Assembly (NCBI GenBank): GCA_963829055.1
Contig: CAWHHI010000009.1
Coordinates: 32,001-96,000, forward strand
Direction: 5' to 3'
Source: an uncultured Gemmatimonadaceae bacterium
GTDB lineage: Bacteria; Gemmatimonadota; Gemmatimonadetes; Gemmatimonadales; Gemmatimonadaceae
DNA: 64,000 nt
Below the pieces are notes generated by a model. That model was not told the DNA's origin and searched no databases. It worked only from the letters and a program-made list of their open reading frames with translations. The position numbers and the translations under genes are program-made. Positions 23,616-34,503 of this stretch are shown here, one piece after another (position 1 is the stretch's first letter; every line of letters begins with the position of its first letter).

Positions 23616-23663
23616 GCCTAACGCCAAGCTGAGCTGACGGTCAGCTTCAACGATTTGTTAGAC
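23616..23663 (-). other. Solitary, very short (48 bp) attC-like site
   Basis: Minus strand GTCTAAC-AAATCG-TTGAAGCTGAC-C-GTCAGCTCAG-CTTGGC-GTTAGGC with R''/L''/L'/R' boxes and an extra base in L''. Confidence 0.72.
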
Positions 23664-23672
23664 GCGGCCGGT

Positions 23673-23895
23673 CTACTCAGCGAGCGGGATGAGTATCGAG
23701 ATGCGATCCTGAGTTCCGACGCCCCGGGATATGTGCCCTTTACCGGTCAGATCCTCCAGGAGGAGGATGCGTCCAGGGTAAAGTCAAATCTTCTTGCCGT
23801 CGGAAAGTTCAATCTCTCCTCGACCGCCCAGCGTGATGACGTACTGCCTCCGCGGAGCAGTATGCCAATCCTCGAAGTAGTTCGGAGTGCATCCC
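23673..23895 (-). pseudogene. 3' fragment of a cupin-family gene
   Basis: Manual translation NYFEDWHTAPRRQYVITLGGRGEIELSDGKKI*LYPGRILLLEDLTGKGHISR; no 5' end and one in-frame stop. Confidence 0.7.
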
Positions 23896-23899
23896 GCGG

Positions 23900-24792
23900 A
23901 TCGCATCGCGGGCCGCGCGTACAGCATCATGCAATCGCGCCTGACCGCGGCACCGAAGGGTTACTTCGGCACCTACGACATCCCGATCGTACGCGGGCGC
24001 GATTTCGAGACGGGCGAATACTCGCATGCATCCGACGATCCCTCGCGCCCGTTGGCAGTCGATCGAGCGATCATCGGAAGCGACCTCGCGCGCCGACTGT
24101 GGGGTGACGCCAATCCATTGGGCCGGCGTCTCACGATGGCATTCTCGGAGCCATCCAACTCTCCCGCGCTGGTCGTGGTCGGTGTGGTGAACGACGCGAG
24201 CGCGACCGCGAGTCTTGGCGATCAGGTCCATGTATACGTGCCGTATTCGCCGATCAACACGGGAGTCATTGCGCGCACCGCGGGACCCGCGTTGCCCATG
24301 CTCAATGCGATGCGAAGCGTCGTGACGGCCGAAGCGCCGCAGCTGCCCATCCGCAGAGCGCAGACCATGGAGCAACGCGAAGCCGAGTCTCGTCGCAGTA
24401 TCCTGCGGACCAGCGGAGCGGTCGCGGGGGGCGGACTGCTGGCGCTGCTGTTGTCCGCGATCGGACTCTACGCGGTCGTGTCGTTGGCGGTCGGGCAGCG
24501 CACGCGAGAGATCGGGATTCGGACGGCGCTCGGTGCGCGGCGCAGTCAGGTTGTTCGGCTGTTCTTCGCGCAGGGCCTCGCTTTGAGCGCGTTAGGCATC
24601 ATGCTCGGGTTGCCGCTCAGCATGATCGTCACCCGGGTCATCGTGACGACGCTCGCCTGGCCGCTCACCAGCTCACCACTACTCGGCATTGCGATCGGGG
24701 CGCTGGTGCTCGTCGTCGCGTCGGTCGCGGCGTGGATTCCGGCGCGGCGCGCCAGCACGATCGATCCGCTTCTGGCGTTGCGGATCGAGTAA
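23900..24792 (+). pseudogene. C-terminal fragment of a MacB/FtsX-type ABC permease
   Basis: GYFGTYDIPIVRGRDF, LSAIGLYAVVS...RTREIGIRTALGA and WIPARRASTIDPLLALRIE; N-terminal part absent. Confidence 0.78.
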
Positions 24793-24860
24793 GGGCAACG
24801 GCTTCGAGGTTCGCGCGCGCGGTCTCGCGCGCCAGCCATCGCGGCCGCATGTTCGTGCGC

Positions 24861-26630
24861 ATGACAACTCGCCTTTCCTCTGCCGCCACTGTCGCGACCA
24901 TCGCGGCGCTCGCCAGTGTCCTCGGCTGTCAGAACACGCCCGACGCTGCAACGCCCGCCGCGGCCGCAGCGCCCGCTCCCGCGATCGACCGTGATCTCAT
25001 GGACGTGACGGTTCCACGGCTTCAGCAGCTCTACGCGGACAAGAAGTACACCGTCAAGCAGGTCATCCAATGGCACCTCGACCGCATCGATCGCTACAAC
25101 GGCGTCTACGGCGCGATCGAGACCGTCCTCCGCGACGAGGCACTGGCAGCGGCCGCGCGTGAAGACGCAGCGGGGGCCGGCACACACGGTCCACTGTGGG
25201 GCGTGCCGATCGTCATCAAGGCGAATACGAGCGTCAAAGGGCAGGTGACCACTGCCGGTTGGGAGGGCTTCACGCGCGCGGGTCACGAGCTCGTTGCCCC
25301 CAAAGACGCCACGATCGTCGCGAAGCTCGAGGCGGCGGGCGCGATCATCGTCGGGCTCGCGAACATGCCGGACCTCGCGAACAGCGACACGAACCGCAGC
25401 ACGTCGTTCGGCCGCACGGGCAACGCGTACGACGTGCGCTTCTCGCCCGGTGGTTCGTCTGGCGGCGTCGTGACGGCCGTGGCCACGAACATGGCGGTGT
25501 TAGGCAACGGTACCGACACGGGCAACTCCATCCGCATGCCCGCGGCGACGAGCGCGCTGGTCGGCGTGTTCCCCACGCGCGGCCTCGTCAGCACCGCGGG
25601 CATCGCGCCACTCGATTGGCTGCTGGACAACACGGGGCCGATCGCGCGCACCGCGACGGACGCCGCCATCGCGCTCGCCGTGATGGCCGGTGAGGACCCG
25701 CTCGACTCCGCCACGTTAGGTGCGCCGCCGACCGCTCAGCGCGCGCCTTACGAGTCGTACCTCCAGGCGGGTTCCCTCAAGGGCAAGCGATTCGGCGTCC
25801 CGGCGTTCGTCCTCGCGGGTGACGGTGTTCCGTTTCACGGCATTCCGGCGGCCGTGCCCGATGCGACGGCGGAGAAGATTCGTCTGGCCGCGAACATGGC
25901 GCTGCGCCCCGACACGCGCGCGATGTTCATGAAGGCGGTGAACGCACTCGAGGCCGCAGGTGCCGAGGTGATCTTCGGCGACAGCGTGCTCCCGACGAGC
26001 TTCGCGCGGGCCGCGAGCCGAGTGGCGACGTACGCGTACATGAAGGACGGTACTGATCGCTTCCTCGCGACGTTCGGTCCGCCGGAGTATCACTCAGCCG
26101 CGGACTATCTCAAGGCCGTCGGGGCGCCGCTGTTCACGTCGTCCATTGGTACCGAGGATGGCTTCCGGAACATGGGCAGCGTCCACATCGACCAGCGCCT
26201 GCTCAGCGCGGATCCGGATGCCGAGCGAAACTATCGCGCCCCGCGGCGCGCGGTGCTCGGCGAGTACGTCGCGACGCTCGATCGCCTCAAGCTCGATGGC
26301 TTCGTCTACCCGGCGATCCAGATGCCGCCGCCTGACGAGACAATGCCGCAGGACGGTGGCCTGAGCGGAGGACCGCACTCGGCCACGAGTTGGGTGAACA
26401 TGATCGGCGTTCCGGCGGTCGTCGTGCCGGCTGGCTTCTACGCGAGCGGTCTCCCGTTCGGGCTGGAGTTCTCGGCACGTCCGTGGCACGACGGCGACTT
26501 GTTAGGCATCGCCCGCGCGTGGGAGCAGGCCGGGAGCTGGCGGAAGACACCAACGCTCGTCGAGCAGGGCATGCTCGCGGTGACCCCGGCGCGCCCGTCG
26601 AGAGGCAGCAGGTCGGCGGCACGAGACTGA
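24861..26630 (+). CDS. Amidase signature-family lipoprotein
   Basis: GVPIVIK, PGGSSGG and GTDTGNSIRMPA motifs; VLGC lipobox. Confidence 0.88.
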   Translation: MTTRLSSAATVATIAALASVLGCQNTPDAATPAAAAAPAPAIDRDLMDVTVPRLQQLYADKKYTVKQVIQWHLDRIDRYNGVYGAIETVLRDEALAAAAREDAAGAGTHGPLWGVPIVIKANTSVKGQVTTAGWEGFTRAGHELVAPKDATIVAKLEAAGAIIVGLANMPDLANSDTNRSTSFGRTGNAYDVRFSPGGSSGGVVTAVATNMAVLGNGTDTGNSIRMPAATSALVGVFPTRGLVSTAGIAPLDWLLDNTGPIARTATDAAIALAVMAGEDPLDSATLGAPPTAQRAPYESYLQAGSLKGKRFGVPAFVLAGDGVPFHGIPAAVPDATAEKIRLAANMALRPDTRAMFMKAVNALEAAGAEVIFGDSVLPTSFARAASRVATYAYMKDGTDRFLATFGPPEYHSAADYLKAVGAPLFTSSIGTEDGFRNMGSVHIDQRLLSADPDAERNYRAPRRAVLGEYVATLDRLKLDGFVYPAIQMPPPDETMPQDGGLSGGPHSATSWVNMIGVPAVVVPAGFYASGLPFGLEFSARPWHDGDLLGIARAWEQAGSWRKTPTLVEQGMLAVTPARPSRGSRSAARD

Positions 26631-26646
26631 CCTGGCCGCGCTCGCG

Positions 26647-27156
26647 TCAACGGCGAGCGGGCAGTTGCAGGGAGTGCCCGATGCCTATGCCGTGTCGGGC
26701 GAAGAAGCCGGCGTTCACCTCGAGCGCATACTGATACGGCACGTCCGGTGTGTAGGTGGGACAACCCTCGGCGATCGTGGTCGGGCAGGGCGTCATGGTG
26801 CGGATTGCGCGGACGACGCCGGCGGAATCGAGGAACGCGATGTCGAGCGGGATCCGCGTCCGGTACATCCAGAAGCCGGCGGTGGGCGGTTGTGTGCTGT
26901 CGTAGACGAAGAGCATCCCCGCAGCGTCAGCGAGGCGGCGGCGCTCCATGAGACCCATGGACTTCTGCTCGCCGCTGATCGCGAGCTGGAGGGTCAAGGG
27001 GAGCGTGTCTCGCGGACCTGCAAGGCGCACGGTCGCGGTGTCGAACGCCATGACGTGCTCGTACGCGTCGTCATCCTTCGAAGGCTCGGCGGTGCAGCCG
27101 ACGATGGCGGCGACGACCAGCATCCAGCGCAATACGCAGGATGCGATCTTAGGCAT
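26647..27156 (-). CDS. DUF192-family protein
   Basis: GLMERR...GMLFVY...FWMYRTRIPLDIAFLD...YALEVNAGFF. Confidence 0.88.
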   Translation of the reverse strand: MPKIASCVLRWMLVVAAIVGCTAEPSKDDDAYEHVMAFDTATVRLAGPRDTLPLTLQLAISGEQKSMGLMERRRLADAAGMLFVYDSTQPPTAGFWMYRTRIPLDIAFLDSAGVVRAIRTMTPCPTTIAEGCPTYTPDVPYQYALEVNAGFFARHGIGIGHSLQLPARR

Positions 27157-27221
27157 TGCAGCCTCGGTGCATCGCTCGGTCGATCGCCGGTTGGCCTGCC
27201 TCGCGACGGGGATTGCGATCC

Positions 27222-28220
27222 TCACCGAATCACGCGATCGGCCTGGGTGAGAAGCGCCTTCGGGAGCGAGAGTCCAAGACCACGGGCCGCACGTCGGTTG
27301 ACCGTGAGGAAATACCTCGCAGGATATCGAATCGGCAGGTCGCCTGGCTTCGCGCCTTTCAGGATCTTGTCCACGTACTCCGCCGCGATTCGGTACTGTT
27401 CTTCGAGATCGGGCGCCCAGGTCATCAGCCCACCGGCCTCGGCGAACAACGTCGCCTGATAGACCGCGGGAAGGCGGTGCGTGGCCGCGAAGTCCACGAT
27501 GACCTGCCGGCTGGCGAGCGAGAGTCCGCCCTGGAAGTTCGCCAGCCCGTTCATGCCGTCGGCGACCATGGACGCGAGCGCGGGTTGCAGCTCACTCGGC
27601 GACGTCACGCGATACACTTTCACACTCACGCCCAGTGTGGATGCCGTCTGCTCGGCGTCGGCGAGCTGTACTTCGTGCCCGCCAACTCCGGGCGTCGTCG
27701 AGAGCAGCGCGATACGGGACACGGCAGGCGCGGCCGCCTTCAGCAGCGTTAGGCGTTTCGCGGTGACGCCCGGCGGCAGCTCGTCGATGCCCGTGGCGTT
27801 GCCGCCGGGATGCTCCAGCGTGCGAGCGAAGCCGTTGCTGACCATCCCCGGGCACGTCACGATCACCATGGGCATCACGGGATTGGCCTTCCGGATCTCG
27901 AGTGCGTACGGTAGCGCTCCCGCGACGATGAAGTCGAGATCCGACCGCGCGAGCGCCGCCGCGGCTTCCGGCAGCGCCGCGGTATTCGACGCGCCCCGCT
28001 CGATGAGGCGGGTCTCGACTATCAGATTCTCTCCTGGGACGTAGCCGAGGGCGCGGAGCGCGTCGTTGAACGCGGCGACGAGTGATGGCTCGTTGCCGGT
28101 GATGAAGCCGATCCGCCGTGGCGCTCGCAGCCTAACGTGACGCGTGATCGACGTCAGCGGCAGCGCCACCCCAAGCACCGCGAGGCGGCTCACGAAAGCG
28201 CGTCGACTGTGGGTACTCAT
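27222..28220 (-). CDS. Orphan ABC transporter substrate-binding protein (ABC_sub_bind type)
   Basis: RRAF leader, [15 protein letters not shown] and [15 protein letters not shown] motifs. Confidence 0.82.
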   Translation of the reverse strand: MSTHSRRAFVSRLAVLGVALPLTSITRHVRLRAPRRIGFITGNEPSLVAAFNDALRALGYVPGENLIVETRLIERGASNTAALPEAAAALARSDLDFIVAGALPYALEIRKANPVMPMVIVTCPGMVSNGFARTLEHPGGNATGIDELPPGVTAKRLTLLKAAAPAVSRIALLSTTPGVGGHEVQLADAEQTASTLGVSVKVYRVTSPSELQPALASMVADGMNGLANFQGGLSLASRQVIVDFAATHRLPAVYQATLFAEAGGLMTWAPDLEEQYRIAAEYVDKILKGAKPGDLPIRYPARYFLTVNRRAARGLGLSLPKALLTQADRVIR

Positions 28221-28233
28221 GGCCGCCTCACTG

Positions 28234-31200
28234 CTACAGGGGAACTATCCCGAGCCTGATCTCCGTTCCGTCGCCCACCTTGCCCGCGATGCCATTCGGC
28301 ACGGCGGAGTAGGTGACCTCCAGCGCGAGCGTCTCGCTCCGGATCAGCGCCTCGTGCGTGCGCGCCGCCGACGCGACGTTGCTCCGGCGCATCGATGGTT
28401 AGGCGCGATCCGATCCGACACCGACGAGCCCCATGTCGCGCCGCGCCTGCTGGATCGCTCGCACGAGGTCGCGCGCGAGCCCCTCCGCCTCGAGCTCCGG
28501 CGTGACCGCCGTGTCGAGCACGACGATGCCCGAGCTCGCCCGGCAGCTCGGCCGCCGCGCCCGCGTCGCGTCGACACGAGGCGTCGCTCGTATTCGCCTT
28601 CGCGCAGCTCGATGCCGTCCGCGACCACGCGCGCCCGACGGCGACGTCGTCCAGTGGCCCGCCTTCACCGCCTTGATCACGTGCTGCACGTCCTTGCCGA
28701 GTCGCGGACCAGCGGCGCGCGCGTTGACCGTGATCTCGAACGCGCCGTGCGCGGCGACGTCGGTCGTCAGCTCGACGTCCTTCACGTTCACCTCGTCGCG
28801 GATGAGATCGACGAACTCCCGCAGCCGCTCCGCATCCGCCGCCGCGACGCGCAGCTTCGCCAGCGGCAGCCGCACGCGCAGCTTGTTCGACGTCCGCAGC
28901 GCGAGCGCCGTCGAGCACACCTGACGCACGCGGTCGATCGCGCTCGACGAGGGCCGAGTCGTTAGGCAGCGAGTCGACGAGGGGCCAGTCGGTGAGGTGC
29001 ACGGATCGCCCGCCCGTCAGCCCGCGCCAGATCGTCTCCGACGTCAGCGGCAGCGAGCGGCGCGACGACGCGGCACGTCACCTCGAGCACCGTGTGCAGC
29101 GTGTCGATCGCGTCGCGGTCGCCCGCCCAGAACCGATCGCGCGACCGGCGGACGTACCAGTTCGTCAGCGCCTCGAGGAACTCGCGCACCGTCGCGCACG
29201 CGCCCGCGAGATCGTACCGGTCCATCTGCGACTCGACGTCCGTCACCAGCTCGTTCGTCTTCGCGAGGATGTACCGATCCAGGATGTGCCGCGAGTCCGT
29301 CCGGACCGTGCCTTCCATGTTCTCCGCGTTCGCGTAGAGCGCGAGGAAGTAGTACGTGTTCCAGAGCGGCAGGAGCGCCTCGCGCACGGCATCGCGGATG
29401 CCCGTCTCGGTCACGATCAGATCGCCGCCGCGAAGGATCGGGCTCGCCATGAGGAACCACCGCATCGCGTCCGAGCCGTCGCGGTCGAACACCTCGCGCA
29501 CGTCGGGATAGTTCTTGCGCGACTTGGACATCTTCTGCCCGTCGTTGCCTAACACGATGCCGTGCGCCAGACACGTGCGGAACGCCGGCCGGTCGAAGAG
29601 CGCGGTCGCCAGCACGTGCAGCGTGTAGAACCAGCCGCGCGTCTGGCCGTTGTACTCGACGATGAAGTCGCCGGGGTAGTGGTGCTCGAACCACTCCGCG
29701 TGCTCGAACGGGAAGTGCACCTGCGCGAACGTCATCGACCCCGACTCGAACCAGCAGTCGAGCACCTCCGGCACGCGGCGCATCGTCGACTTGCCCGATC
29801 GGATCGTCCGGGTTCGGGCGCGTGAGCTCGTCGATGCCTGGACGGTGCAGGTCCGTCAGGCCTCACGCCGAAGTCGCGCTCGAGCTCGGCCAGCGAGCCG
29901 TACACGTCGACGCGCGGGATACTTCGGGTCGTCCGAGACCCACACCGGAATCGGCGAGCCCCAGTATCGGTTGCGCGAGATCGACCAGTCGCGCGCGTTC
30001 TCCAGCCACTTGCCGAACTGCCCGTCGCGGATGTGCTCGGGCACCCAGCGGATCTGCTGGTTGAGCTGCACCATGCGGTCGCGGAACTTCGTGACCGCGA
30101 CGAACCACGAGCTCACGGCGCGCTGGATGAGCGGATTGTCGCAGCGCCAGCAGTGCGGGTACGAGTGCTGATACGTGTCGTGGCGGAGCAGGGCGCCCGA
30201 CGCCCTGAGATCGCGGATGATCGTCTTGTTCGCCTCGAACACGTGCATGCCCTGGTACGGCGGGACCTGCGCGTCGAACTCGCCGCGCGAGTTCACGGGC
30301 GTGACCGGCTCGATGCCGGCGGCGTCGGTGACGACCTTGTCCTCCTCGCCGTACGCCGGCGCGATGTGCACCATCCCGGTGCCGTCCTCGGTCGTCACGT
30401 AGTCGGCCGAGCAGGATCTGGTGCGCGTTAGGCTGCTTGCCGGCGAAGAAGTCGAACGGCGGCGTGTACCGCGTGCCGACGAGCTGCTGTCCCGGTGAAT
30501 CGCGCGAGCACCGGCGGGTGCCTCGCCGAGCTCGCGCGCGTACGCGGCGACACGCGCCTCGCGCGAGCAGGTAGCGCTCGCCGTTCGGCGCCTGCACGAC
30601 GACGTACTCGACGTCCGGATGCACCGCCGCCGCGAGGTTCGACGGCAGCGTCCACGGCGTCGTCGTCCAGACGAGCGCCTCGACGCCCTGCGAGCTCGGG
30701 CTTCGGTGACGTTAGGCGCAAGCCGACCGTCACCGCCGGATCCTGACGGTCGCGGTAGACGTCGTCCATCTTCGTTTCCGTGTTGACAGCGGCGTCTCGC
30801 AGCGCCAGCAGTACCACAGCACGCGGAAGCCCTCGTAGATGAGCCCCTTGTCCCAGAGCGTCTTGAACGCCCACATGACGCTCTCCATGTAGGAGAGGTC
30901 GAGCGTCTTGTAGTCGTGGTCGAAGTCCACCCACCGTGCCTGACGAGTGACGTAGCTCTGCCAGTCGTCGGTGTAGCGCAGCACGGACGCGCGGCAGGCG
31001 TCGTTGAACTTCGCGACGCCCATCGCCTCGATCTCGTTCTTGTGCGCAGATGCCTAGCTGCTTCTCGGCTTCGAACTCCGCGGGCAGGCCGTGGCAGTCC
31101 CAGCCGAAGCGACGCTCGACGCGTCTGCCCTCGCATCGTCTGGTAGCGCGGGACGACGTCCTTGACGTAGCCGGTCAGCAGGTGGCCGTAGTGCGGGAGG

Positions 31201-31402
31201 CCGTTGGCGAACGGCGGGCCGTCGTAGAAGACGAACTCGTTCGCGCCGTGCACGCCGGCGTCGCGCGCCTCGACGCTCGCCTCGAAGGTCTCGTCGCGCT
31301 GCCAGTACGCGAGGACGTCCGCTTCGAGCGCTGGGAAGGATGGTCGCGATGGAACGGCGTCGTTGTCGTGCGCTCGCCGACGCGAGCCTTCGGGTATGGC
31401 AC
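28234..31402 (-). CDS. ileS: Isoleucyl-tRNA synthetase, actinobacterial/IleRS2 type (many frameshifts)
   Basis: [16 protein letters not shown] (HIGH), [44 protein letters not shown] and KMSKS motifs; GAGGAG SD with GTG start (MPYPK). Confidence 0.93.
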
Positions 31403-31404
31403 CG

Positions 31405-31642
31405 GCCATCTCCTCGTTATGCGCTTTCGTCGCTCGGCGAACCGTTACGCTCGAGGCTCGCATACGGGGACGACGCGTGCGGCTCGATCGCACGCTCCGC
31501 GGTACCACCCCGCTTGCCCGCGTCCCATGACAGGACGCGCGAGCCACTCACGCGCGGCTATGCGGGCCGCACCCGACCGGGTCTACTAGGGTTCGACAGC
31601 ACCCGTTCTTCCGGTTGGCTCCCCGGTGATGGCCGGATCAAC
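31405..31642 (-). ncRNA. Translational (class II) T-box riboswitch, Ile specifier
   Basis: Minus strand GATCCGGCCATCACCGGGGAGC (ultrashort stem I, ATC specifier at 31630-31628), GAAGAAC/AGTAGA stem II, T-box AAGCGGGGTGGTACCGCG (31515-31498); CGTCCCCGTATGCG can pair with CGCATAACGAGGAGATG over the SD. Confidence 0.9.
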
Positions 31643-32105
31643 ACTTGGCTCAAGATAGCCGCGACTATTTTACTTAGGCAACAGCCGTCGAGTCCGTCGT
31701 TTGTCGAAATCTCGGCGTAGGCACAACGCGTGCGGGCGACACGCGCGCGGCGATGGTCGGAACCGCACCTAACGACAGTCATAAACAGACCTATCGGTCC
31801 AGCACAATTGCCCTGACGTCGCGCTGGCACTACGTGACGCCGCTAGCTACGGTTGGGTTACAGCGTGCACATTGCTCTTTGACGTTCACTGAGAAGCACC
31901 GCAGGAAGCCCTTTACGCCTTCTGTGGTGCTCACTAGCGTGTCTAGACCCGAGATGGACTGATATCGGTGCCAGCATCTCCCGCCAAGTCCCGCCGTCGT
32001 ACTCATCCACTGTCTAGCAGAAGTGCAGAGGCACATCTGACGCGTCCGCTGCCGGACGTCGTCAGCGCAACCGAGCCGGACAAGCCGCACCCGACGAGTC
32101 GAGCA

Positions 32106-33524
32106 ATGCAGAACCTCCGCCGTCATGCCTGGCGGGCCGGTCGGCGCATTGTCGCACTGATCGGCGTCGACGCTGTCTGTTTCCTGCTTGCCCGCGCGAT
32201 CACACGACAGTTGGCGGAGACGCCATTCGGAAACGCTGCGGCGGTCGCGGGTATCCTCCCATCGAACGTTGGGTCGAGTGAGCTCGCACTCGCCGTCGCC
32301 ATGTTCGTCGGCACCGCGATCTCCGGGACGTATGGTCCCGGGGACGCACGGCGGCATGTCGGGAGGTTGTTCCTCGCAGCAGCGCTGGCGAGCGCCTTAC
32401 CGCTCTGGAGCAGTCTCTGGACTCAGCAGTCAGCCGGTGCGTTGCACACGTGGTTCGTCGTGTTCGCGCCGCTGTTCATCATGCTGGTCGCATTGCGAAC
32501 CGTGTTCGATGTGCTCGTCCAACGCTGGTCGAATCGTGCGGGCACTACGCGCGCACGAACCGTACTGATTGGCACGGCGAGCGATTGCCTCGCGCGCCGC
32601 GAGTGTGATGTCCTCACGCGCCGGTCAGGGTTCGAAATGCTCGGCTTCATAGACGTCTCAGCACGCCAACATACGGCTGCCCTTGGCGTCGTGACCGACA
32701 TCGAGCGCCTCCTCGTCGAGCACGACGTCGACACCGTGGTCTTCTGCGGCTTCCCCAACTCGGCCACCACGAGTCGCGTGCTCCGCGCCGCGGCGGTCTC
32801 GGAGTGCACGGTTCTGGCTTCCGCGCCGCAGTTCGAGCTGCCATCGGTTCGGCCCAACGTCATAAAGCGAGGAGGCCAACCACTGCTCGAGCTCCGTCCG
32901 GTCGCGCTTCGCGCGGAACAGCTGATCGTGAAGCGCGCGATGGACCTCATTGGGTCGACTGTCATCCTGGTCTTGCTCGCGCCTGTGCTCGCTATCGTAG
33001 CGGTGATGGTGGCGCTCGACACACCGGGGCCGGTCATCTTCGTCCAGCGCCGCTTGGGGCGATATGGTCGTCCCATCCGCTGCTACAAATTCCGCTCGAT
33101 GCATCGCGATGCGGAAGCGCAGCTGCTGAACGACCCGGTGCTATACCGCCGATACGTCGAGCATGACTACAAGCTGCCGGAGTCCATCGACACGCGTATA
33201 ACGCGAATCGGGCGCTTTCTGCGGCGTACCAGCCTCGACGAGCTGCCGCAGCTCTGGAACGTGTTCAAAGGCGAGATGTCGCTCGTCGGTCCGCGCCCGA
33301 TCGTGCCAGACGAGATCCATCACTACAACGGTGAGGGCCCGCTCCTTCTGACCCTCAAGCCTGGACTGACTGGAGCGTGGCAAGTGGGTGGGCGCTCGTG
33401 CGTCGGTTACCCCAAGCGCGCCGCGGTCGAGCTCGAGTACGTCGAAGGTTGGAGCCTCTGGGGGGACATCGGGATCCTGCTCCGCACCTTTCCCGCGGTG
33501 CTGGCCACGCGTGGCGCACACTAA
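32106..33524 (+). CDS. Priming polyprenyl-phosphate sugar transferase (WcaJ/WbaP-like)
   Basis: [48 protein letters not shown] and [10 protein letters not shown]; may start as early as 31968. Confidence 0.92.
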   Translation: MQNLRRHAWRAGRRIVALIGVDAVCFLLARAITRQLAETPFGNAAAVAGILPSNVGSSELALAVAMFVGTAISGTYGPGDARRHVGRLFLAAALASALPLWSSLWTQQSAGALHTWFVVFAPLFIMLVALRTVFDVLVQRWSNRAGTTRARTVLIGTASDCLARRECDVLTRRSGFEMLGFIDVSARQHTAALGVVTDIERLLVEHDVDTVVFCGFPNSATTSRVLRAAAVSECTVLASAPQFELPSVRPNVIKRGGQPLLELRPVALRAEQLIVKRAMDLIGSTVILVLLAPVLAIVAVMVALDTPGPVIFVQRRLGRYGRPIRCYKFRSMHRDAEAQLLNDPVLYRRYVEHDYKLPESIDTRITRIGRFLRRTSLDELPQLWNVFKGEMSLVGPRPIVPDEIHHYNGEGPLLLTLKPGLTGAWQVGGRSCVGYPKRAAVELEYVEGWSLWGDIGILLRTFPAVLATRGAH

Positions 33525-33579
33525 CGACACCAGTGCCGAGCCCATCAGTAATGAGCTCCAGGAGTTGTACCGCGCCCCC

Positions 33580-34503
33580 ATGGGCGAACCACGCATTTCC
33601 ATTGTCATAGTCTCGTATAGCCGCGCCGACGAGATCGAACACTGCCTCGCTGACCTGGCCGCGCAGCGCACCACGGTGAAGTTCGAGGTGTTGCTGCTGC
33701 TTCAGGCGTATCCTCGAGACGCTACCGACCGGTTGGTCAAGACGTTCTCTCACGCCTTTCCGCTGCACGTATTTCACGCGACGCAGGGGCTGGGCGTGCA
33801 CGTCGCGAGAAACGCGGCGCTCGCGCGGACATCCGCCGACATCATCGCGTTCCTCGATGACGACGTCCGTGTGCCGACGGACTGGGTCGAGTCGCTCGCA
33901 CCGTACTACGAGGACTCCTCGGTCGGCGGGGTCGGCGGCTTCGTGAGACATCCGGGCAGTCAGCGCGTCATCACGCGGGTGTTGCGCCCGGTACTCGGCC
34001 TTTCTTCACGACGCTACCGGATCGACTGGGGTGGCTTTCACGCGATCCCGTGGTCGTCGCATCCGTCACGCGACCAGGAGGCGGACTGGCTCTCGGGATG
34101 CAACATGTCGTTTCGCCGAGTGGCGCTCGAGCAGGTTGGCGGCTTCGATGAGGGGTATGGACGCTACGGATACAATGACGTCGACGTCAGTCTCCGCGTG
34201 CGTCAGGCGGGGTGGCGTCTCGTCTCCACGCGTCGGCTCGCCGTCAATCACTACCCGAGCGCCATCAACCGCGCCGCGCTTCCCGATCTCATCCGTGAGG
34301 AGGAGGCGCGGCGGGTGCGACTCGTCAGGCGCGCGATCGGCAACCGGCCCGCGTGGCGCGCTCGATATCTCGCGCGGTTCGCCTACCATTTGATAGCGCT
34401 GTCTCTGCAAGGGATCGCTCGCGGTTGTCCATCGCTTCCGCTTCGCGCGATGGATGGTGCTCGTCGTGGGCTGGCGCTATACGGACGAAACGGGGCGGCG
34501 TGA
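33580..34503 (+). CDS. Glycosyltransferase family 2
   Basis: ISIVIVSY, ARN, IAFLDDD and GCNMSFRR...GGFDE motifs. Confidence 0.88.
   Translation: MGEPRISIVIVSYSRADEIEHCLADLAAQRTTVKFEVLLLLQAYPRDATDRLVKTFSHAFPLHVFHATQGLGVHVARNAALARTSADIIAFLDDDVRVPTDWVESLAPYYEDSSVGGVGGFVRHPGSQRVITRVLRPVLGLSSRRYRIDWGGFHAIPWSSHPSRDQEADWLSGCNMSFRRVALEQVGGFDEGYGRYGYNDVDVSLRVRQAGWRLVSTRRLAVNHYPSAINRAALPDLIREEEARRVRLVRRAIGNRPAWRARYLARFAYHLIALSLQGIARGCPSLPLRAMDGARRGLALYGRNGAA

Noticed and set aside
23790..23800. In-frame TGA in the cupin fragment as selenocysteine or recoding
   Set aside because: The gene is already 5'-truncated, the position is not a Cys-type site, and no SECIS-like hairpin is evident.
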